Of a stretch of 32,000 nt of DNA, positions 1-7,147 are shown piece by piece. The notes beneath the pieces are model-generated. The model did no database searches and was not told the DNA's origin. It worked only from the letters and a program-made list of their open reading frames with translations. This DNA comes from an uncultured Opitutales bacterium (GTDB taxonomy: Bacteria; Verrucomicrobiota; Verrucomicrobiia; Opitutales; Intestinicryptomonadaceae). Location of the stretch: the NCBI GenBank assembly GCA_934660865.1, contig CAKUIA010000007.1, positions 30,001 to 62,000 of the forward strand. The letters run 5' to 3'. The position numbers and the translations under genes were made by a program. Positions within the stretch are counted from its first letter, which is position 1. The number at the start of each line of letters is the position of its first letter.

Positions 1-774
1 GTTAACGGCAAAGTTTGCGCAACGTTTACGCAGTATCCTTTGTGGCTTTTCGAAAACAAAAGCGGGCGTCTTAGGCTGCTGAAAAACGCAAACGACATTT
101 CCTCGGAAGGCACGCAGCTAAACAAAAACGAGTGGCTTACAACCTGCGGCGACGGGCTTATGACGGCGTCGTCGATAGCGTATATATTCAAGCAGCTGCC
201 GCTAAAAGACTGGCTTGTTTACTGCGAAAGAAACGGCATGCCCGGCATAAAGGCTAAAACCGACGCGTACCCGGGGTCTCCGCAATGGGAAGCCGCCTGC
301 AAGGCGGTAAGCGATTTCGGCGCGGAGTTTAGCGCTGTGCTTTCGCAGGGAACCGACATAGACGCCATAGACATTTCAACTTCGGGCGAGCTGCCGTACA
401 AGGCGCTGATAGAGCGCATAGACAAAACCTTGTGTTCGCTTTGGCGCGGCGCGGATTTGTCGACAATGTCGAACAAAGACTCTTCGGGAGCGAGCCTGCA
501 ATGGTACGAAAGCTCGCTTTTGGAGGAGGACGACGTTTCGAACATAAACGAGACGCTGAACGAGAATGTAGACAAAACCGTTATCCGTTTGGCTTTGGGC
601 GACGAGGAACCCCTTGCAAAATTCAAGCTAAAACTGCCCGACTACGAAATGCACAAAGACGAGCTGGACATAATAGAGCGTCTTGTAAAGTTGGGGCTTA
701 AACCCGACACGGCAAAGTTGGCGAAAATGTTTTCGTTCCCCTGCAAAAAGGATACCGGCAATGAACAAGTTTAG
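1..774 (+). CDS. phage portal protein, DUF935 / Mu gp29-like (5'-truncated by window edge)
   Basis: Frame 1 is open from nt 1, so the TTG at 40 in the ORF track is an edge artefact. The segments IFKQLPLKDWLVYCERNGMPGIKAK, LWRGADLSTMS..SSGASLQ and the C-terminal ERLVKLGLKPD..AKMFSFP follow the conserved C-terminal half of DUF935 portals as I remember it. The gene sits directly upstream of a gpI-like protease. Confidence 0.65.
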   Translation, partial: VNGKVCATFTQYPLWLFENKSGRLRLLKNANDISSEGTQLNKNEWLTTCGDGLMTASSIAYIFKQLPLKDWLVYCERNGMPGIKAKTDAYPGSPQWEAACKAVSDFGAEFSAVLSQGTDIDAIDISTSGELPYKALIERIDKTLCSLWRGADLSTMSNKDSSGASLQWYESSLLEEDDVSNINETLNENVDKTVIRLALGDEEPLAKFKLKLPDYEMHKDELDIIERLVKLGLKPDTAKLAKMFSFPCKKDTGNEQV

Positions 775-1576
775 CAAAACCCTAATCCAGATACTCTGCC
801 CTTTCGGCAACTGGAAGCACCCAAAGGGAATGCAGATTGTCGACAAAATTTCGGGCGAAAAGCTGGCTAAAAATTTCGGCGGATTTTTCGGGGCAAAAGT
901 TCCCGTATATATCGGCCACCCCGACGAAAACCCCGCAACGCGGCGCAATGCGAAGGCGGTGGGGAAAATAGAAAGGCTGTTTTTGTGCGAAAGCGCCATT
1001 GTTGCCGTTGCGCGCTACGAAAACGACACCTACAAAAAAATAGTTTCGGGCGAAATTTCGGCAATGTCGCCGCGCTGGCAAATGGAAAGGCTAAGCGGCG
1101 AAAATTTTAGACCAGTAAAGCTTGTTTCGGTGGGGCTTACAAACAACCCGAATATTCCGCAAAGCGGAAGCGTGCTTTTGGGCAAACTTGGCAGCATAAA
1201 CTTGGGCTGCGCTTTTGCCGCAAAAAAATGCGAAAAAGACGCGGCCCTATCGCTTTGCAGGGCAAAAAAGTGCGCGGCAATAACCCGCAAAATTTTGGCG
1301 CTGCAAAGCGAGCAAACCGGCAAAGCCGCAACAAAGATTTTGGCAAAAGCCGTAAGCAGCGGCGCAATAGACGCCAAGGAATGCGGCAAATGGCGCGAGC
1401 GTTTAAGGGCAAATTTTGCCGAGGCAAAAAGGCAGATTGTAAAAAAATCGGCACAAAGCCCGCAGCTTAGCGCGTCGGAAATCGTGCGCCTGGCAAGGGA
1501 GAAAATGCTGGAGCAATCGCTTGCGTGGGAAAAGGCGTACGAGGCCGTAAAAAACGAATACGGCGTGGAAATTTAA
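761..1576 (+). CDS. Mu gpI-like prohead protease with C-terminal helical scaffold-like domain
   Basis: The N-terminal half (ILCPFGNWKHPKG...VPVYIGHPDEN...GEISAMSPRW...VGLTNNPNIP) matches the remembered Mu-like prophage I protein pattern (G-x-F-x-H, VPV-x-x-x-H, S-P motif, LTNxP). The C-terminal ~120 aa are K/A-rich and look helical. The start overlaps the portal stop by 14 nt. Confidence 0.65.
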   Translation: MNKFSKTLIQILCPFGNWKHPKGMQIVDKISGEKLAKNFGGFFGAKVPVYIGHPDENPATRRNAKAVGKIERLFLCESAIVAVARYENDTYKKIVSGEISAMSPRWQMERLSGENFRPVKLVSVGLTNNPNIPQSGSVLLGKLGSINLGCAFAAKKCEKDAALSLCRAKKCAAITRKILALQSEQTGKAATKILAKAVSSGAIDAKECGKWRERLRANFAEAKRQIVKKSAQSPQLSASEIVRLAREKMLEQSLAWEKAYEAVKNEYGVEI

Positions 1577-1611
1577 CCTCCCATACGGGACAAAAAAAGG
1601 AACAAAAAACA

Positions 1612-2304
1612 ATGAAACTAAAAAAGTTATTGGCCGAAACGGCAAAAGCGTTGTCGGCAAAAATAAAACAGTGCGAATGTTTTGCCAACATAGCCGAAGG
1701 CACGCATTCGGGCTACATAACAATGACGGCCTCGGCCGACATATCGAAAAGCAACCTGTTGTTGAAACAAAATTCGCAGGGCTCGGTTAAAGTTGCAATG
1801 AAAGGCGAAATGCCTATAGGCACTTCGTGCGACTGCGCCGAACAGGGCAAAAGCCTCGGCGTGATATTGGCGGGCGTTGCCGAACAAACCGTGCTTTGCG
1901 TTGCCGCAGGCGCGGTTGCGGCGGGCGATACCGTATACGGAGCCGACAACGGGAAAGTTTCGGCAAGCGCGGCGGCCAACGCCTACAAGATTGGCGTAGC
2001 CTTAAACGCCGCCCCCATAGACGGCATTGTAGAGGTTTTGCCGCAGGGCTTCGGCTCTTTGGCATACCAAACCTATGCCGCGGGCGTTTACGAATGGAAG
2101 GCTTCGGGCAACACCGAAAGCATTGAAATGCCCACGCTAAAGGAGGGCGACATTGTAATAGCCTCGTTGTGCGCAGCTGGCGCAAGCGAAAAATCGGTTG
2201 CAGCCCTCGCCGACGCCGAAGGCAAAAAAATAACATTCAAGCTGGACGCAAACGGCACGGCAAACACCACAAAAGTGTGCTGGATTCTTATGCGCAACGC
2301 CTAA
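1612..2304 (+). CDS. putative head decoration/cement protein (DUF2190-like N-terminal half)
   Basis: I prefer the ATG at 1612, which follows AAGGA, over the track start at 1525, which would overlap the protease gene. The segment AAGAVAAGDTVYGADNGKV...YKIGVALNAAPIDGIVEVL resembles the DUF2190 G/A/V-rich beta pattern. The gene lies between protease and capsid genes, as decoration genes usually do. Confidence 0.45.
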   Translation: MKLKKLLAETAKALSAKIKQCECFANIAEGTHSGYITMTASADISKSNLLLKQNSQGSVKVAMKGEMPIGTSCDCAEQGKSLGVILAGVAEQTVLCVAAGAVAAGDTVYGADNGKVSASAAANAYKIGVALNAAPIDGIVEVLPQGFGSLAYQTYAAGVYEWKASGNTESIEMPTLKEGDIVIASLCAAGASEKSVAALADAEGKKITFKLDANGTANTTKVCWILMRNA

Positions 2305-2322
2305 TTAAAAAGGAGAAAATAC

Positions 2323-3237
2323 ATGAGCGAAAATACGATAACATCGGCAAACCAAAGCAGATTCGAACAGGCCAACTACTCGGCGGCGCTAACAGCCTAT
2401 TCTGTAGGCTACAAAGATTCCGAAAACATTTCGGCATTGCTCGACTTTATTGCGCCCCCTATTCCCGTCGGCAGAAGATTCGAATTTAAGCGCGCAAACA
2501 ACGCCGAAGCATTCTATTCGGAAAGCGACGACGTGCGCTCGATAGGCGCGGAATTTAAGCGCGTGCAATATTCGGGCGAAAGCGTAAACGAAAAAACGCT
2601 AAACAAGGGCCTTACAATTAGGATAGACAACGACGAAGTTGTAGGCGACAAGTGGCAGGAAAGATATACCGCAATGCTTATACAGCGCCTGTTGCGCAAC
2701 GAGCTTCGCAGGGCATTGGCGGCTTTAGACGCAATAAGCACGTCGGCAGACAAGGTCTGGGATTCGTCGGCAAACCCCGACGAAGACTTGCGAAACGCCC
2801 TAATGCTTAGCGCAAACGAAAGCGGAGTGCGCCCAAACAGAATACTGTTCGGCGAAAGCGCGTGGGATATGCGCGCAAGCTGTCTTGAAGGGCAAAGCAC
2901 GGCGGGCGCGTTTAAATCGGGAGCTATGACACCCGACGAACTTGCCCAAAAACTTATGCTGGACTCCTGCAAAATTGTGGGCGCACGCTACCAAACGGCA
3001 AGCGGCAAAACGCAGATGGGCTCCTTAAACGTATACGCATTTTTTGCGCAAAACGGAATTTCGAAAGACGAAGCCTCGAATCTAAAGCGTTTCTACACTC
3101 CGACCGAAGACGGCACAATGTTCAGGGTATACTGCCAGGAATACGCAAAGTATACCGACATTACAGTGGAACACTACTCGAGCATTGTTGCCTGCAGCAA
3201 CCTCGGAGTAAGAAAGCTTTGCGTAAGCGCACAATAA
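2323..3237 (+). CDS. major capsid protein (lambda gpE-like family, HK97 fold)
   Basis: There is a good SD (AAGGAG, 7 nt spacer). The 304-aa protein shows LLDFIAPPIPVG, a helical RYTAMLIQRLLRNELRRALAAL segment and W-x-SSANP-x-EDL...SGVRPNRILFGESAW, which parallels the gpE-family layout. Its position in the head module also fits. Confidence 0.7.
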   Translation: MSENTITSANQSRFEQANYSAALTAYSVGYKDSENISALLDFIAPPIPVGRRFEFKRANNAEAFYSESDDVRSIGAEFKRVQYSGESVNEKTLNKGLTIRIDNDEVVGDKWQERYTAMLIQRLLRNELRRALAALDAISTSADKVWDSSANPDEDLRNALMLSANESGVRPNRILFGESAWDMRASCLEGQSTAGAFKSGAMTPDELAQKLMLDSCKIVGARYQTASGKTQMGSLNVYAFFAQNGISKDEASNLKRFYTPTEDGTMFRVYCQEYAKYTDITVEHYSSIVACSNLGVRKLCVSAQ

Positions 3238-3266
3238 CCGACAACCACCAACAAAAAGAAAACAAC

Positions 3267-3306
3267 GGCGTGCGGGTGCATATCCGCACGCCGCCCGAAA
3301 ATTTTT
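3267..3306 (+). terminator. stem-loop after the capsid gene (partial terminator/attenuator)
   Basis: A perfect 9-bp GC-rich stem, GGCGTGCGG (3267-3275) with CCGCACGCC (3284-3292), encloses an 8-nt loop. A short T-run (3302-3306) follows after a 9-nt gap, and the next ATG comes immediately after. Confidence 0.4.
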
Positions 3307-3309
3307 AAT

Positions 3310-3759
3310 ATGAAATGGAATAGAATTTCTGCGGGCGACTTGGAAAGCGCGCTAAACAAAAACCAGCTTGAAATACTGAAATCGCAGTCGCTGGCATCGG
3401 CCGGCCGTTCTGTTTGCGACGAAATAATTTCGCTTGTATGCGCCGAAATAAGGGCTGCCGTTGCAAACGCAAACAGGTATATCGACGAAGACCACCTTAA
3501 AATTCCCGAAGAACTTAGGCTTTCGGGAATAAGGCTTTGCGTGGAGGCGTTGCAGACAAGGCTTTCGGGCATGGAGCTTACCGCCCAGCAAATAAAGCTT
3601 GCCGACATAGCAAGGCAGACAATCGAAAAAGTCGCCATGGGCAAATTCGCGGTTTCCTCGCCCGACTGCCCCGTGCAAACCGCCTTCGAAAAAAAGTCGG
3701 TTAAACACTTCGCGCGCGGCGAAAAAACGGCGTCGTTCGAGGCTTTAAGGGGAATATAA
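3310..3759 (+). CDS. head-tail connector protein, Mu gp36 / DUF1320-like
   Basis: The 149-aa protein has N-terminal ..GDLESAL..NQLEIL.. and C-terminal ARQTIEKVAMGKFAV. These parallel the remembered DUF1320 pattern (..DL...L..L.. / ..LEKVASGK..). It lies immediately after the capsid gene. Confidence 0.55.
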   Translation: MKWNRISAGDLESALNKNQLEILKSQSLASAGRSVCDEIISLVCAEIRAAVANANRYIDEDHLKIPEELRLSGIRLCVEALQTRLSGMELTAQQIKLADIARQTIEKVAMGKFAVSSPDCPVQTAFEKKSVKHFARGEKTASFEALRGI

Positions 3760-3763
3760 TAAT

Positions 3764-4198
3764 ATGCTTTCTACTTTGGAATATCTGCAAAACTCGGTCT
3801 TTGAAATTTTAAGGAGCTCGCCGCAGCTTGAAAGGGTTGGCATATTTAAAAAAGACATATTTTTCGACGCAAACTACAAGTTTTCGTCTACCGGCATGGG
3901 AGTTTTCATAGACTTGCCAAGACCTTTGGCGGCTTCGAAATATTCGGTGGGCCCCGCCTTTTCGAAAGTGGTGTTCGCGGTTGAAATTGCGGTGGAAAAA
4001 CACTCTTTTTCGCAGGTGTATTCCCCCCTTTTTATAGCCGAGCTTGTGGCGAAAAAACTGCACAAAGCGCAGTTGCCGCTTGCTTGCGGCTACGGGAAAA
4101 TCTACCTAAGCGACGAAAAGCCCTACGGCGAATACAAAATATCGGGGCAGACATTCGCAATAAAATTGAACTTCGAAACACAGGCAATATTGCAATGA
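3764..4198 (+). CDS. phage neck / tail-completion protein, possibly gp37 (DUF1834)-like
   Basis: The 144-aa ORF is tightly packed, starting 4 nt after the previous stop and ending in an ATGA overlap with the next gene. The assignment rests on position and size, plus N-terminal MLSTLEYLQNSVFEILR resembling gp37-type N-termini. Confidence 0.35.
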   Translation: MLSTLEYLQNSVFEILRSSPQLERVGIFKKDIFFDANYKFSSTGMGVFIDLPRPLAASKYSVGPAFSKVVFAVEIAVEKHSFSQVYSPLFIAELVAKKLHKAQLPLACGYGKIYLSDEKPYGEYKISGQTFAIKLNFETQAILQ

Positions 4199-4599
4199 AA
4201 ATAACGCTAAACGACACACTGTTAAATCCCTTCGGGCAAATGCCGCAGGTTTTTTCGATTAAAAACACGCGCATTGCAAAATTTGCAAACGTAATAGACG
4301 CCGAAACCCCGCTCGTAAAAGACGGCAAAAACTCGGCGTTGAAAATTGATTTTGTGCTTTGCACGAATTTTGAAAGCGAAAGCGCCGCCCAATGTTTCGG
4401 CGCAAAACACTGCATGTTTTTGTCGGCAATAGGCGCGGCAACGCTTAAGCTGGAATTTGCCGACGAGCGCGGCAAACCCGCGCTTTTTGCCGAATTTTCG
4501 GAAGCGGTTCTTTCGGGCTACGATTTCGAAATATCGGGCGTGCAGACAAAATTTAAATACGGCTTTATAGCCCGGAAAATGGAGCAAAAAAATGGATAG
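4195..4599 (+). CDS. phage structural-module protein, unknown function (134 aa)
   Basis: The ATG at 4195 overlaps the upstream stop (ATGA), and the longer track start at 4084 lies inside the upstream gene. The predicted beta-rich 134-aa protein is tail-tube-sized. No family recognised. Confidence 0.4.
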   Translation: MKITLNDTLLNPFGQMPQVFSIKNTRIAKFANVIDAETPLVKDGKNSALKIDFVLCTNFESESAAQCFGAKHCMFLSAIGAATLKLEFADERGKPALFAEFSEAVLSGYDFEISGVQTKFKYGFIARKMEQKNG

Positions 4600-4729
4600 T
4601 GAAAACACCGAAGCGCAGCTTGAAAACCTGCAAAGCCAGATAGAGGAACTTACGGCGCAGCTTGAAAGGCTTGAAAGCCTGCTAGGCCAAATAGAATCGC
4701 AAATGGAAAACCTTAAGGGGGAAGTTTAA
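4592..4729 (+). CDS. small coiled-coil protein (45 aa), below the ORF-track size cut-off
   Basis: My translation is MDSENTEAQLENLQSQIEELTAQLERLESLLGQIESQMENLKGEV. It has a clean heptad L/I pattern, a GGAG 7 nt upstream of the ATG, an 8-nt overlap with the upstream stop, and a stop 3 nt before the next ATG. Confidence 0.45.
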   Translation: MDSENTEAQLENLQSQIEELTAQLERLESLLGQIESQMENLKGEV

Positions 4730-4732
4730 AAA

Positions 4733-6442
4733 ATGCCGTATATGCTTAAAGTGGGCGACACAACCAAAAGCCTTGCCGATTGGAAAATCACAAAGGCGGT
4801 TTTAACGCTAAAAAGCCTTGACTGCGACGAGCTTTGCATACGCTCGCAAACCGAATTTGCCTACAACGAAAGCGTGCAGCTTTTAGACGGCGCGCTGTGC
4901 GTGTTTTCGGGAACCGTGCGCACGCTTCCGCAATACGAGTCGGCGCAGACAAAGTACGCCGAATACAAAATTCTGGGCCCCTGGAACGACCTGTGCGAAA
5001 TTGTATACCAGCAAAAATGGAAATGCGCAAAGCAATCGAACACCGACGACACCCAAGCCGAAATTTTCGACATATATAAAAGCCGCGTAATTTTGGGCGA
5101 AAACGACGCCGAAGAGCGAATAAACATAGGAACGCAAATAGCAAACATAGTTGAATTTGCCAGCGGCGCGGGCGCCAACATACAATGCGGCAACGTTGCG
5201 GCAAATTTCCCGATGTTGTGCGACGAAACATGCGACATAAACTGCGCCCAAGCCGTAAAAAGAACGCTTAAATGGCTGCCCGACGCAATTTCGTTTTTCG
5301 ACTACTCGGCAGTGCCGCCAAAGCTGAATGTTGTGCGGCGAAACGCTCTAGACAAAAAAGAAATAAATTTGAATGCCGATTCGGTTAAAGACTACAAGGT
5401 TTCGCCCCGCAACGATTTGCTTGTTTCGGGCGTTGAAATCAAGTACGAAAAAACGGGCAGCATTGGCGGCGAAACATACAGTACTTTGCAAAGCGACAAA
5501 TACCCTCCGAATTTCGACAGCAAAACCGCAAAGGCTTTGGTTATGACGGTGGAGCTTGACGGATACAAAGGCGTTTTGCAGGAGCACACAATACAAACCG
5601 AAGAGATTAAAAGCGACGACACTAAATGGTGGACGTCGAAAATCCCGTCGCTTTCGGAAGTAGGCGACCTTAAGATTTTGGAAAGCTCGCGCGATTATCC
5701 CGACTACAAATACGCACTGACAAAAGGTTCCATTCCCGATTGGGCGAATGTAGACAGCAAAATAGACACAATTTGCGCGTGCGTTTCGTACAATACAACA
5801 AGCCATACCTGCGCAAAACAGAAAATTTCGATAAGGCTTAGGGTTACAAAAACCAAAAGCCGCAAGTTTTCGCGCCTGTCTACTTCAAGAAGCGACGAAC
5901 CCGTGCCCGAGGGCCTGGCGCAATCGCTATATACGGGGCTTGGCACCTTGCAGTTCGATTCGCAATTTTGCATATACAACGCCAAAGCCCGCAGCTATTC
6001 CGGCAGGGCGCTTAACTTAAAGGGGGCAAACCAGCTTTTCGAAAACATGAACAGCGCGGTTATAGAATGCAGGCAGGACCTTTTTGAAAACACTCTAAAA
6101 ATAAAAGCGGGTAGCCCCGAACATTTGTATCCCGCAAAAATCGCGGAACTGTTCAGGATAAACAAGGCAAGAAAAACAACGGCAAGCTTTTCGACAAAAA
6201 ACACGGCAAAGTCGCCTCTTAGGGGCAAAATTTCGCTAAACGCGCAAAGCGTAAAGGAAGTTCCCACGCAAATAAACACCGTAATGCGCTCCATTACCCT
6301 TTCGGTAGACGCAACTAAACCGAAAATAGTTTTGGATTCCTCGAACGTTCCCGACGGCACAACGCTTGGCGTGAAAAAAGTTTTGGTATGCCACAACGGC
6401 CAGCCGGCCTATGCCTATACAATATTAAGCAACCCCGAATAG
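4733..6442 (+). CDS. large virion-associated protein, unknown (569 aa); possible tail hub / host-recognition protein
   Basis: AAGGGGG precedes the ATG. The N-terminus YMLKVGDTTKSLADWKITKAVLTLKSLDCDELCIRS loosely resembles the start of gpD/hub-type baseplate proteins. This is a weak, memory-based resemblance. It is the largest ORF in the module. Confidence 0.4.
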   Translation: MPYMLKVGDTTKSLADWKITKAVLTLKSLDCDELCIRSQTEFAYNESVQLLDGALCVFSGTVRTLPQYESAQTKYAEYKILGPWNDLCEIVYQQKWKCAKQSNTDDTQAEIFDIYKSRVILGENDAEERINIGTQIANIVEFASGAGANIQCGNVAANFPMLCDETCDINCAQAVKRTLKWLPDAISFFDYSAVPPKLNVVRRNALDKKEINLNADSVKDYKVSPRNDLLVSGVEIKYEKTGSIGGETYSTLQSDKYPPNFDSKTAKALVMTVELDGYKGVLQEHTIQTEEIKSDDTKWWTSKIPSLSEVGDLKILESSRDYPDYKYALTKGSIPDWANVDSKIDTICACVSYNTTSHTCAKQKISIRLRVTKTKSRKFSRLSTSRSDEPVPEGLAQSLYTGLGTLQFDSQFCIYNAKARSYSGRALNLKGANQLFENMNSAVIECRQDLFENTLKIKAGSPEHLYPAKIAELFRINKARKTTASFSTKNTAKSPLRGKISLNAQSVKEVPTQINTVMRSITLSVDATKPKIVLDSSNVPDGTTLGVKKVLVCHNGQPAYAYTILSNPE

Positions 6443-6445
6443 AAA

Positions 6446-7090
6446 ATGCCATTTATAGTAACACACCCCTACAACGGCTACCCCTTTGTTTTGGATACAT
6501 TTTCAAGCCCGCCGTCGGAAAACGTAGGCTTTGCCGAATGTTCGGAGGGCGTTCCCGTAGTGGCCGAAGAATTTACGTTTTCGCTGGCAAACGCAATGTC
6601 GCTATTTTGGCTTTCGCAGCTGCGTTCGGTTAAAGCCTCTATACGCGCAAACTTTACCTACGACAACGATTTATCCGACGGCCTAAACGCGAATTTCGAC
6701 TGCAAAAACATAAAATTTGCGTCGACCGAATACAATGTAGTTCCCCCCGCAATAGACAGGGTTGCGATGGACAAGTCGCAATATCTTATACACGCAATGG
6801 GCGAAAACTTCGACTTTAGAATAAGCATGCCCAAATATGTGGCAGACGATACGCAAAAATATTTTATGTTCGGACACGCCGCAGCCAACCGAAACAGCGA
6901 AAAATTTTTGCTGCTTATAGGCTACAAGCTGGGCAACGAAGACTACGAGCACGTAAAAAAAGACTCGGTTCAAATTTTCGGGCAAAGCGTGCCCGTTATT
7001 CTGATACACGAGGGCGCAAAAAACATATTCACGAACTTTTCCATGTCGTGCACGTTTTCGACCGACTTAAACTGCTCGCTTATTCCGTAA
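6446..7090 (+). CDS. phage-module protein, unknown (214 aa)
   Basis: It starts 3 nt after the upstream stop and is the last + strand gene before the terminator. No recognisable family. Confidence 0.4.
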   Translation: MPFIVTHPYNGYPFVLDTFSSPPSENVGFAECSEGVPVVAEEFTFSLANAMSLFWLSQLRSVKASIRANFTYDNDLSDGLNANFDCKNIKFASTEYNVVPPAIDRVAMDKSQYLIHAMGENFDFRISMPKYVADDTQKYFMFGHAAANRNSEKFLLLIGYKLGNEDYEHVKKDSVQIFGQSVPVILIHEGAKNIFTNFSMSCTFSTDLNCSLIP

Positions 7091-7091
7091 A

Positions 7092-7132
7092 AAAAGTCCC
7101 GTTTAAAATCTAAACGGGACTTTTCGTTTTTT
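7092..7132. terminator. bidirectional rho-independent terminator at convergent junction
   Basis: The stem AAAAGTCCCGTTTA (7092-7105) pairs with TAAACGGGACTTTT (7111-7124) around a 5-nt loop. An A-run precedes it and TTTTCGTTTTTT follows. It lies between the + gene ending at 7090 and the - gene ending at 7148. Confidence 0.7.
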
Positions 7133-7147
7133 GACGTGTTATAAATT

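Noticed and set aside
4586-4643. Programmed -1 frameshift at A AAA AAT (4587-4593) joining the 134-aa protein to the downstream coiled coil, like phage G/GT chaperones.
   Set aside because: Reading the -1 frame by hand hits TAG at 4641-4643 after about 17 codons. The coiled-coil ORF is in the +1 frame and has its own GGAG-ATG. Independent coupled initiation is the simpler reading, though a frameshift product cannot be excluded without data.
1612-6442. Cys-rich motifs in phage proteins (CEC and CDC in the decoration-like protein, KKCEKD..LC..KKC in the scaffold region, C-x3-C-x3-C in the 569-aa protein), considered as a phage-specific metal or disulfide feature.
   Set aside because: Housekeeping proteins in the same window are just as Cys-rich (e.g. 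about 15 Cys in GlmM). This looks like a property of the host proteome rather than of the element. Only the C-x3-C-x3-C cluster is kept, as a minor note in a finding.
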